Source: Balamuthia mandrillaris (lineage: Eukaryota). From it: a stretch of DNA of 64,000 nucleotides. How positions within the stretch are numbered: position 1 is the first letter of the stretch; each line of letters opens with the position of its first letter. Shown here piece after piece: positions 38,515 through 49,267 of the stretch. The DNA is taken from the NCBI GenBank assembly GCA_031835245.2, contig JAVKOQ020000017.1:62001-126000 (forward strand), given 5' to 3'. The translations under genes were made by a program, and so were the position numbers. Under the pieces are notes generated by a model, which was given only the letters and a program-made list of their open reading frames with translations, did not search any database and was not told the origin of the DNA.

Positions 38515-40480
38515 TCAATGAGAAATGTGCTTGTCTGATGGTGAGCAAGAGGAAGAGGAGGACGGCGGACGAAGGGAGATGGCGAGGAGATAGATCTCCT
38601 GGTGGGGAGGGGGGGAGGACAGGAACGAGTCTAACGGGATGGAGCGTGCTTGCATTGACCAACGATCTAACAGACGCTTTATGCTCCTGTTCCCGCTGTT
38701 TAAGTGCTCCGTGAGAAAGCGAGAACAAAGAGAGAAGAGGAGAGAGCGATGAAGAGAAGGAGAAAGAGAAAGAGAAACGACGAAAGAAAAAAAAGAAAGA
38801 GAAAGAGAGAGAAAAAGAAAGAGAGAGAGAAAAAGAAAGAGAAAGAAGAGAACGAAGAAGAGAAGAGTAAGTACCTTCGGTGTTGGTAGGTGGTGTAAAA
38901 GACAGCCATCGTTGGTGCCAGTCGCAGCAAAGCATGAACTGTGGCGAATAGATCTTCAAACTCTGTGTTGTTTTGTTCCTCATGTTAACAGGGACAATTG
39001 GGGAGAGGAGAGAGATGAAGGGAGAAGGAAGAGAAACGAGCAAAGAAGGGAAGGGAAGAGTGGTACGATGCGGGTCATAGAGACAGTCAGCGCCCAGAAC
39101 GACGACAGGGTGGGTCGCAGCGGCGGCTGTCCGTCCCAGCGACAGCATCTCTTTAACCAGGTTGCAGTCGAACATGCCCCACGACAAGCCCATCACTCGG
39201 ACCTTCGTCTTGTTGGTGGCGTTGGCGTTAATGTTGGCGTTGTGCATCAGGTTCTCCAAAACATGAGCAGCGTCGGCTCGATCGGTGAGAAGGACGGAAG
39301 CGGCTGCGCCTTGCTTGGCCGCCACCAAACCCGCCACCCCTGTCCCTGCTCCTAACTGTTGTTTAATCTCCCATTTGGAGTGATGCGTGAGGAGAGAACG
39401 ATGAAGAGAAGAGAAGAGAAGAGAAGAGAAGAGAAGAGAAGAGAAGAGAAGAGAAGAGAAGAAGAAGAAGAGAAGAAGAAGAAGAAGAAGAAGAGAAGAA
39501 GAGAAGAAGAAGAGAAGAAGAAGATGAAGAGAAGAGAAGAGAAGAGAAGAGAAGAGAAGAGAAGAGAAGAGAAGAAGAAGAGAAGAAGAAGAGAAGAGAA
39601 CGATGAAGAGAAGAGAACGATGAAGAGAGAAAGATAAGAGAAGAGAAAGAAGAAGAAGAGAAGAAGAGAAGAGAAGAGAGAAGAGAAGAGAAGAGAAGAA
39701 GAAGAGAAGAAGAGAAGAAGAGAAGAAGAAGAGAAGAGAAGAAGAAGAAGAGAAGAGAAGAGAAGAAGAAGAGAAGAGAAGAGAAGAGAAGAAGAAGAGA
39801 AGAAGAAGAAGAGAAGAGAAGAGAAGAGAAGAGAAGAGAAGAGAAGAGAACGATGAAGAGAAGAGGAGAACGATGAAGAAGAGAACGATGAAGAAGAGAA
39901 CGATGAAGAGAACGATGAAGAGAAGAGAACGATAGAGAAAGAGGAAATGAAGAGAGAACGATGGAGAAGAGAACGATGAAGAGAAGAGAACGATGAAGAG
40001 AACGATGAAGAGAAGAGAAGAGAACGATGAAGAGAACGATGAAGAAGAGAACGATGAAGAGAACGATGAAGAGAAGAGAGAACGATGAAGAAGAAGAAGA
40101 GAAGAGAAGAGAACGATGAAGAGAACGATGAAGAGAAGAGAAGAAGAAGAGAAGAGAAGAAAGAGAAGAGAAAGAGAAGAGAAGAAGAGAACGATGAAGA
40201 GAACGATGAAGAGAACGATGAAGAGAAGAGAAGAGAACGATGAAGAGAACGATGAAGAGAAGAGAAGAGGAGGGACCTCGATGACGTGAGCGCCAGCAAA
40301 GAGGGAGGGGTGTGCGACGATGAACTCGGAGAGGATCAAGGCGGAGGGCCACACGTAGAGGCCGTAGTCCGCCTCCATGACCTGCCGAACGGCCACCGAA
40401 ACCGCCTGGCCTTTGCCGAACCGAAAGACCCTTGGGGACCCCGCTTCGGCCGCACTGGACGACGGCGCCGTGGTGTTCAT
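38515..40480 (-). CDS. Seven-beta-strand protein methyltransferase, METTL23-like; multi-exon
   Basis: YGLYVWPSALILSEFI, motif I VIE|LGAGTGVAGL split by the large repeat-filled intron, VLLTDR, LSWG, VLGADCLYD, FYTTYQHR. Confidence 0.85.
39390..40272. repeat. ~880-bp polypurine/polypyrimidine simple-repeat expansion (GAAGA, GAA, GAGAACGATGAA units) inside the METTL23-like intron
   Basis: Plus strand is almost only A/G apart from recurring CGAT. Confidence 0.95.
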
Positions 40481-40587
40481 CACGCCCTTGGATCGATCGA
40501 GGGATTGTTTCAAGAAAGTGAAATGTTTTACTTTTTTTTCTTTGTTTACAAATAAAAAGTGGATTGATGATGTCCAAGGAGCGGATT

Positions 40588-41078
40588 TCACCAGGAGTAG
40601 TAGACAGCCTTGTAGGTCAGGTAGAGCATGCAGCAGTAAGAAGGGATGGTGGAGCAAACGATCCAGGGCTTCGCGCCGCTGGTGCCTATGGCGCCAGTGA
40701 GCACCACCACGAAGGGGTAGGTGGCTCGCGTCGGACGTAGCCCCAACCGGCCGCGATGACCCAAGGCAACTCGGCGGCGGGGACGATGGCCAACGCGCCC
40801 CAGAAAGCGAGGAAGAACAAGGGAGCGAACTCGAGGAGGTTCCCCACGATGCGGTCGGCCCGGAGCATGGCCAGGTTGCTGCCGTCGTAGCGGTGGAAGC
40901 GCCCTGCCGGCGTTGTTGTTGCTTCGCCGCCCTCCTCCTTCTTGTGCCTGCCGAGGGCTTGCCGTTGTTTTTTGTCCTCCCGCAGTTTCACCAAACACTG
41001 GTACAGTATGGCGCCCATGTAAACAAAGGCAAAGCCCATGCTGACCTTCACCCCAGCGGCCAGGTGTTGCTGCTCCAT
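40588..41078 (-). CDS. MAPEG-family membrane protein with an apparent 1-bp frameshift near 40733
   Basis: RADRIVGNLLEFAPLF (RxxxNxxE-type MAPEG motif); GWGYV then continues in another frame as TRATYPFVVVL...STIPSYCCMLYL. Confidence 0.65.
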
Positions 41079-41410
41079 CCTCTCTGTGTGACCTTGCCCC
41101 CTGCGTGTGTGGTGGTGAAATGCCCAGTGTTTGGTGAAACAACAAGGATGAGTTTTTGTCGACTTATCTGTGCTCAGCGGAGGCGTGCTCCTTTTTGTCC
41201 CATAATTCCAAGTGTTATTTGATGTTGCTGCACAACAAAAACGCGATGGGAAAAGGTTTTTGTTTTTCCAATTCGAAAATAAAAAAAAAAACCAACACAC
41301 CTCCTTGTAACACAGTTGCTCTTATATTCTATCTCTCTCTCTTGGTCCACTTGGGCAAGCCTTTTTTTTGGCTTATCTTTAACACCAAGGAACTTTTTCA
41401 TGTCATAGAG

Positions 41411-42532
41411 ACAACTATGATAAGGCTGGTAGGGGAACAACCTAACTCAATGGGTGTAGGGAAAAGACCTTTAATAGATAAACAAGGATAGATAGAAATA
41501 GGTATTATAGGAGAGTGGTATAACAAAAAAAAGAAAAAAGAAATCAAAAGGAAGAACTCAAAAGCATTACCTTACTGCAATTGTGGCAAAGTGGTAGCTA
41601 ATTACCTTTGCACATAATAGAGTTGAGAGACTAGAAAAAAGAAAGGCTAATTAGGATTATTTTTTTTAAAAGCAAAAAAACAAAGGTCTAAGTTCACTAA
41701 ACTCACAATTAACTTAAAACAAGAAGTGTAGTCCTTTCTTTAATAACAAGAAAGTTATGTGCTTACTAAGCAGTTGAAGTTTTTGATTTGTCTTATAGTA
41801 TGTTCTACTTCAACTCAATGACTATCAATTTTTTTGATTCAACTCAAGCAACAAAGGAGAAAGTTCACTCTTGTAAGGAGTTACAAACCAAGGCTCACCA
41901 ATATATGCTTTGTCATCAAGAAATTTTTGCTGTTGTACTGCCTTCATAAGTCCCATTATAGGCAAGTCATGAACACAGCCAGGAAAGGGTCCATTTACCT
42001 AGGTAAAAAACTCAGTTTTCAAGTCTAACACAAGTTCATACTTAAATGTATATCATTTTTTTTCCTAAGTAGTAGATTTGCTATTATTTTAAGCCAACAG
42101 GATGTAAAATAGGACATTTAGTTGAATTCAACCTTGATGGCTAATGAATTGGAATTAAATGCTTTTCTAAAAAAATAAAATAAGAAAAACAAGAAAAACA
42201 AAAAACAAAAAACAAAAACCCAAAACATTTCAGCCAACATTGTTGATAAAGCACTAATTATTGTTCAAACCTAATAATGAAATGTCTTTAATATACATTT
42301 GCAAATGGAACATGCCACTTCTTCAGTAAAATAAACTTTTAAAAAATAAAAGGTCTAAAGTAAATACTTAACTTGCAAAAATCATGTTATACCACTCTCC
42401 CATAATGCCTATCCTGTTTTTCCTTGTATAGAAATATACACCTCTTTCTTTTATTCTATTAAAGGTCTTTTCCTGATGTCCATTGAGTTGGTGTCTGTTA
42501 GGTTATTCCTCTACTAGCCTTATCATAGTTGT
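41411..42532 (-). mobile_element. Degenerate cut-and-paste DNA transposon (DDE_Tnp_4: PIF/Harbinger, ISL2EU or IS5-like) with terminal inverted repeats
   Basis: Left arm 41411-41524 (acaactatgataaggctggtaggggaacaacctaac...gaaaagacctttaataga...ggagagtggtataaca) is the reverse complement of right arm 42385-42532 (tgttataccactctcc...tctattaaaggtcttttc...gttaggttattcctctactagccttatcatagttgt). A transposase relic lies between them. No target-site duplication identified. Confidence 0.85.
41755..42131 (-). pseudogene. Decayed DDE_Tnp_4-type transposase core
   Basis: Manual translation across stops and frameshifts: LNSTKCPILHP...YYLGKK...FKYELVLDLKTEFFT*VNGPFPGCVHD...FLDDKAYIGEPWFVTPYKSELSPLLLELNQK/IDSH*VEVEHTIRQIKNFNCL. 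This follows the family motif order DxTExPI, YSGK, KY, GPxPGxxHD, LxDKxY, TPxK, N...RVxVEH.I..IK.F. Confidence 0.85.
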
Positions 42533-42839
42533 TCAAAAGTGCATACTTTCAACTGTGTCCATGTTATAAAGGCTGCTTCAAAGAATACACCAAAGTGGGC
42601 ATGCCAACTGTGAGGTGTAACAGAATAAAAAAGTGTCTCAGCAGTGGCAATAAACACAATTTATTCTTTGCTCATTCTCCTCAAAGCCTTCCTTAATTTC
42701 GAAGCACCACAGCTGTTCCATGTAACAACAGTGAGGAAATTCGAATTAAAAATGGCAGCAAATCGAGAGATTCGTCCACTATAGCAAAGAAGAAGAAAGA
42801 TCGAAAGCCGCAGCAGTAACAACAACAGAACCTTCCAGC

Positions 42840-44055
42840 ATGTTTTACAGAGCATCCGCCTCAAGCAACAAACATTTGTTGGGTGAACTCAAACGGTATG
42901 GAGGTGCGTTGCCGGTATCATCGCTTTGCAATAACTCTCCCTCCACTCGATTCTTCTTCCACAAAATCTTGCTTCCGTTTCTGCTTCTTCTTCCTATCGC
43001 TCCTCCTCCTTCTTTTTCCTCCTCCCCAACGCTGTTCAACCCTTCCTTCTGCAGTTCTTCATTCAGCAAGAGTGGAAGCCGCCCTCCGCAGGGTCGACCG
43101 CAGCAATTTTGTGCTCCACAGGGACCAGGCCTACGTGGACCAACCCCAACCGATCGGCCATGGGCAGACCATCAGCGCCCCTCACATGCACGTCATGTGC
43201 CTGGAGGCCCTGGAGGACAAGCTCCTCCCTGGCAGTCGCGTCCTGGACGTGGGCAGCGGCTCTGGTTACTTGACTGCTGCTATGGGACACATGGTGAAGC
43301 ATTTTTGTCTCTTCTTCTTTGTTTTTTTTTCTTCTCTTTCTTTCTTTCTTTCTTCTTCTTCTCCTGTTCTTCTTCCTCTTCTCATGCTTCTTCTGCTTTG
43401 GTTCGTTTCACCACGCGCGAACAAAATGGCAATATAAAGGTGGGAGAGAACGGCAAGGTCATAGGAATAGAGTATGTGGAGGAGCTGGTGGAGTTGGGCA
43501 AACAAAACCTTCGTAAGGACAGTCCCGAACTGTTGGAGAAGGGCATCGTGGAGATCAAAAGTAAGCAATGCAACCGAAAGATAACAAATGGAACAATAGT
43601 CTAACGTGGTTCGTTAACACACCAATATCTAGAGGGTGATGGGTGGAAAGGAGACCCTGACAATGCACCGTTCGACGCTATTCATGTTGGAGCCGGGGCG
43701 GAGGGTTCATTCCCCTTCTCTTCGTCGTTCTCTTCTCTCACTCTCGCTCTCTTCTCACTCCTCTCTTCTCTAGCTTACTTCTCTAACTCTCTTCTCACTT
43801 CACTCCTCTCTTCTTCTCTTTCTCCTCTCTTCTCCGTCTCCTTCCATTCAAAAACGAAAAACAGAATTGCCACAGAAGTTAGTGGAGCAACTGAAACCAG
43901 AGGGACGACTTATCATTCCGGTGGACAGCAAAGGGTCGTGGGGGCAGGACCTTTTGCAAATAGACAAGTCCAAAGACGGCAAATCCGTGACTAAGAAAGT
44001 GCTGACCAGCTGCATGTACGTCCCGCTAGTCCGTGAAACAACAAGCCAACTGTAA
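42840..44055 (+). CDS. PCMT1: Protein-L-isoaspartate O-methyltransferase; multi-exon
   Basis: [41 protein letters not shown]...[31 protein letters not shown]. Confidence 0.95.
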
Positions 44056-44107
44056 AGAAAATAAAGAGCAAAAAGTACAAAACTGATAAAAATATAACTT
44101 AACTTGT

Positions 44108-46744
44108 TTAAGAAGGAGGAATGAAAAAGAGATTAACAGCGTGAGCGTAACAAAACATGAGCGCGATGGCCAAAGTAACGTCCAGCAGACGGTAAAACTG
44201 GAATGTACAATATCCCACCACAAATATCGTTGTCGCTAGTAATGTACCTCTTTCATATCGCGGAGAAAGAGAAGAATGGAAGTTAGAAGGAAGGAGAGAA
44301 CGAGGGGAAAAGGGGTGAACGTACATGAGCGCGTAAGTAGAATAACGAGAGCGTGTCCCCTTGGGAGGCATGGGAAGCGAGAAGGAAGCAAAACACAGAT
44401 GGACGTACAACATGAGCACTAATGGCTCATTCGAGTCAAGAGTGCGCCACTCCACCGGCAGGTGGTTCACCCAAATGATGAATGCTGGAGTGAGCATCAT
44501 TAAACAGGGCACCACTGTGAGAAGAACGGCTTGTTGGTACGAATGTAAGCTCTTGTTCTGTGGTGTTGGCTGTTCGTAGGTTGTTATCAGCATAAGAAGA
44601 GAGAAAAATGGAGATAGGAAAAAGAATGAAGAAAGAAGGAAATACCTGATCAGCAGCGATGTTGTAGGAAAAGCGAACAAAGAAAAAGAGAAACACAAAG
44701 ACAAGAGCGATGTAAGAGTGAGCTGTCCAAAGCAAAGTTGCTACAACCACCAAACCAACAACCAACGAGAACATGCTTTGCCATCGAATGTCGTCCGTCT
44801 TTTGCTGTTTTGGTAGTTTCCTTTGTTCCTTTTTTTCCTTTTCATTTGTTGTGTTGTTTTTGGTTGCTTGTATTGCTCGTTCTTGGTGTTGTTTTGAAGG
44901 CGAAGAAGAAGAAGAAGAAGAAGAAATCAATAAGCGGCGACAAAACGGGGCGAGAAGGAGGTATTGCAGCATCCACACGATTAAGAGAATTGTGAAGTAA
45001 AGGAAATATCCAAAGAGATAAAAGACGGGAAACATCCAAGCCGGAGGAACCAAGATCAAGTCCTGAAAGCTGTGTTTGCTTGTTCGCAGCCATGTTGATA
45101 TGGATGATGCTGATGAAGAAGAAGGTGAAGAAGTGAAAATTGCAAAGAAGGAATTGAAAAGGCCGTTGTGGAAGAAAGAGACGCATTCAGAGAGAGTAGA
45201 TGGAAGAGAGATGAAACTATCGGCGAAAAGAGAGGAGGCTGGTGATAGTATCATATATTCTAGGAAGGGAGGCAGCAGAAGAACTGCCAATGATACTTTT
45301 GAGAGAAGGAAGAGCTTCGAGGTCAATAAGAGACTTGGGCATTGACCTTTGTGCGTTGAAACGATTAATCGGTTGCACAACTCGAAAATATGAGGAAAGA
45401 AGAAAAAGAAAAATATAGAGCAATAAGAAAGGGAAAAAGGTACCACGATGAGACCAGAAATAAAGTTGTTGAGAAAGAATTATATAAAAGACAATTATGG
45501 CGAAGCCAATCGGCCATGCGATGTAAGTGGCCAACATTCTTCCCACCATTCCCACTAGGTCTGGTCGTAGTGTCAACTGGCGAGCAATAACAATAAATGG
45601 TTAACCCATGAATAGAATTAAAATAGAAAGGAGGGAAGAGAATGGAAGACACAACGAATAGCAGAGAGAGAGAGAGAGAGATAGCAGAGAGAGAGAGCAG
45701 AGAAAAAACAAACTTGATATGAGCAGGAAGGATCGCTAAAGAATATGGCACGAACGCCATCTTTTGCTATCACTTCGTGGAACTTTAGTGAGACAAAAGT
45801 GGCGTTGGAGTAGAAAGACTCGGAAGCCATCGGCGTCACCAACGTATAAAGGAGAGGCAAAAAGAGAGGCTCTTGTTTAGATTCTTTGGTAGACCGACAG
45901 GAACCAAACAAATGGAAAAAAAAGTGTTAGCCAAGCTAAGATGACAAATAAAGAAACTAAGAGAAGAGAGGAAAGAGGGAAGAATAAAGAACAAAGAAGC
46001 GAAGAAGAAGCACAGCAAACAATGTGAGAATAAGAAGAAGAAGATGATGATGAAAGAGATACGTTGATCGAAAGAATCACAGGATAAAATTTGGGCGGAG
46101 AAAAACAGAGGATAGCGATGGTCTTCTTTCGGAAGACTGATGTTTGACAGGGCTGAAGAACGTCCCTTATCCAACCAAAGATGTGCTGCATAAAAACAAT
46201 AATGAAAGAAAGAGATAGCGAGTGAGAAAGATTAGCAAAATAAATAAATATATAAATAATAAATGCAAACAGAAATGCATTCAGAATAAAAGTACTTTGT
46301 TGCCAAGGATAGTGAGGTACTTCCATTCGGTTCAACGGAGAGGCGATAGAAGTTTCAGCTTCCACGAAAAATGAATCAGGAGCCTTCCCCGTAGCTTCAC
46401 GAGTGAATCGCAATTCCACTGAACCATACTCTACAGAGAGAGAAAAAACAACAAAATCAAAAGAAAATGAGTAATAACAAAAAACAAGAAGACAAAAAAG
46501 TGTGCCTTACCACGCAACCTTTCAGAAGAAAGATGGATTATATAATATTGCTTCTTGCGGCTTTCGGAAGATGACTGCTGAAATTTGATCTTTTGGTCTC
46601 TCTCCTTTATGTGTTGCTCATAAGACTTCGCGTTACCATGCTCTGGCACCGTGAAGCCTTCTCCTGTAGCGTTTATCTGTTGTTTGTTTAGTAAATTTAG
46701 CTTTCTTGTTTTTTCTCTCTCGGTCTCTGTTATGTTTACATCTT

Positions 46745-46782
<38 letters not shown>

Positions 46783-48854
46783 GTAGATTGAAAAGTACCT
46801 GTGGCTTGTGAGCATCAATTGGAAGAAGTATCACATTAAAATCCGTTCCTGGTTGAAGGTTTGTGAACATCACAAACTCAGATAGGTTTTCATCCTCCTG
46901 CGTCAATTCAAAACGGAAGGTAGCAACGATACGATCTTGGAAAGAAGACATGCTAAGTCTCGGATTTTGGGACTGCATGATCTTCACTCCCTTCTCCTCT
47001 TCTTCATTTGTTGCAGAAGAAGCATATGGTGAAGAAAAAGAAGGAAGTTGGCGAGTGGATTGATGAGGAAGTGAAAAACCAAGTTTCTCTGGCACGAAAC
47101 TGTAGAAACCACGTTCCAAAACAGCAACTCGCTCAGAGAGAGGAAGCGTAGCCTGCCGTGTCGTTGGGTCCACCAATCCATATAAGGTTTCTGTCATGGC
47201 TTTCACCATGCTATTGCACCATACTATGCACTGTAGGCAATATAAGAACAAGAACATAGAAGGACAGAGATAGAGAAAACAAGAAAGAAGTAATATTAAC
47301 CTGATGATCCACTTGGACGCGAACGTTCGGAATGGAGGTTGTTAGAATGGAATAGCCATGAGTGAAAGGAACTAACCCTTCCATGTTGCAAAGCTCAGAG
47401 AGGATGAGGCTGTCACGGAAGCTTCCAGCTATGGAAACTATAGCAACATCTTCCAATAGGTCTTTGTTGGTTTGTCTGTCTTTCCAAAAGGCGTTTACGT
47501 AGTCGTAAAAATGGGCCACTCTTCTGTCAACTAATATTGGTGCAAGTCTGTTTTGCAGTTTGAACGAGGAAAACGAAAAGCAACAAATAAAGTGAAAGGG
47601 AATGAGATGAGATAAAGTGGGAGAGGAAGACAAAAAAGAGAAAGCGAGAACGCGAAAGTTACTAACCGATGAGGCGAGTTGAGAGTGATGATAGTGTTGA
47701 CAGAGCCTTTGATGTAACTACGAAGAGTGAAGACAGCTCGAGCGACCAATCCTCCCATCGAATGACCTACCAAAATGACGGAGGTCGGTTTATTGTTCGA
47801 TGGTCCTCCTCCGTTCTCTCCCTGGTATAACCGAAGAATGTGTTGAATGGCGGCATTGACGTACTCTGTCTGAGAGACAAGCAGGTCACCATGCAGCGCT
47901 GACAATTCTTCGCGAAAATGGACTGTGAAGAAATCTATCTCGTTTGTCCATAGCTTCAGCTTTCTGGCCTAAAAGGCGAATGTTTGCATGGGATTGTCAA
48001 CCAAACGAAAAGCAGAGAGGCCAAGAGAGGAGAGACGTAGAAAGCAAAGAACAACAGAACGAGAACATGAGAACGAGAGAAGCAGAGAACAAGAAAGAGA
48101 GAACCGACTTGCAAAGCATGGCGAGCAGCTTCCGAGGCAAAAGACCGAACTTGGCCGTACACTCCTCCATTGCCAGGAATGAACAGCACAGGCACTCCTT
48201 TCCTCTTTTTTTTTTTGTACCGGTTCAGCAAAACGAAGAAAAGAACAAAAATAAAGAGAGAAAAAAGAAAAAAGAAAAAAGAAAAAAGAAAAAAGAAAAA
48301 GAAAAAAGAAAAAAGAAAAAAGAAAAGAAAATAAGTACCTTCCAAGGCGTTTTGCCATGCACGTTGCCTTCTCGATAGAGGTAAAGAGAATAGCGACCAG
48401 GAGGAGAAGAAGGAGATGGAGAAGAAGAAGGAGAGGAGGAGGTGAGGTTCATAGGGAGGTAGACGGGCCTCATGTAGGTGTTGGCGCAGTAGTTCTCCTC
48501 CATGGTGAGGTAGACGGCGTAGAAACCGGTGCCCAACAAGCCGAGCGGCACCACCAACCACAGCAGCACGAACGCCCCACACTTGAGCCGACGGGAGAGG
48601 AGGGAGCCCTTCAACGACGACGACGTAGCGGCCGCTACACGCGGAGCGCTCAAGGAGCAGGAGCAGCGCCATATTCCTTTTGGTCGGTAGTCGAGCTTGG
48701 CACCGAGAGCGAAGAGGAAGAGGCGGCGCTCTTGTTCTGGTGGTTTGCAGGGACTGCTACCGGGGACTTGTCGTCGGCGTTCGTTCTCCTCCTTCTCATC
48801 CTCTTCTTCCTTCGTTGTTGGGAGCGTTTCTCTTTTCATGTCGTCATGACGCAT
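44108..48854 (-). CDS. PGAP1: GPI inositol-deacylase (PGAP1/Bst1); multi-exon
   Basis: N-terminal TM, NYCANTYMRPVY, RYSLYLYREG, VPVLFIPGNGGVYGQVRS, lipase motif LVGHSMGGLVAR, IITLNSPH, VDHQCIVWC, and a multi-TM C-terminus. Confidence 0.93.
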
Positions 48855-48870
48855 CGTGTCGACAGACTGC

Positions 48871-48995
48871 GAGATAGGACAGGAGATAGGACATGAGCCA
48901 GGATAGGAGAGACCGCAGGAAAGCAAGGGAGAGAGGACAGGAGAGAAGATAGGAGAGCAAGGTAGAGAGGACAGGGGAGAAGACAGGAGAGAGAT
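48871..48995. repeat. Degenerate 12-bp minisatellite (GAGATAGGACAG) in the divergent PGAP1/METTL25-like intergenic region
   Basis: gagataggacag gagataggacat gagccaggatag gagagaccgcag ... gagagaagatag ... gggagaagacag. Confidence 0.7.
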
Positions 48996-49021
48996 GAGAA
49001 GAAAGTTTAGACCAAAAAAAA

Positions 49022-49233
49022 ATGAAGGGAAGAGCCACGGGAGACTACCGGCCCTTTGCGGCATCCGTCGGGTTCGTTACCAATGGGGACTTGCACCACC
49101 AAGGACACCACCACCACCACGATGGTGAGAAAGAGGCATCCCCAGCAGAGATATCGCCCATTGCTGCAGCCAAAAAGCACGCTACCGAAATCCTCCAGTT
49201 CGTCTCGTCCTACAAGTGGCTCTTTGGTTTGTG

Positions 49234-49267
<34 letters not shown>

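Noticed and set aside
38381..40657. 758-aa ORF with an F/S/L-rich apparent TM region
   Set aside because: Read-through of a stop-free pyrimidine repeat intron; the real product is the spliced METTL23-like protein.
41290..41410. Possible outer extension of the transposon inverted repeats and a target-site duplication
   Set aside because: Only short scattered matches to 42533-42660 and no convincing duplicated target sequence.
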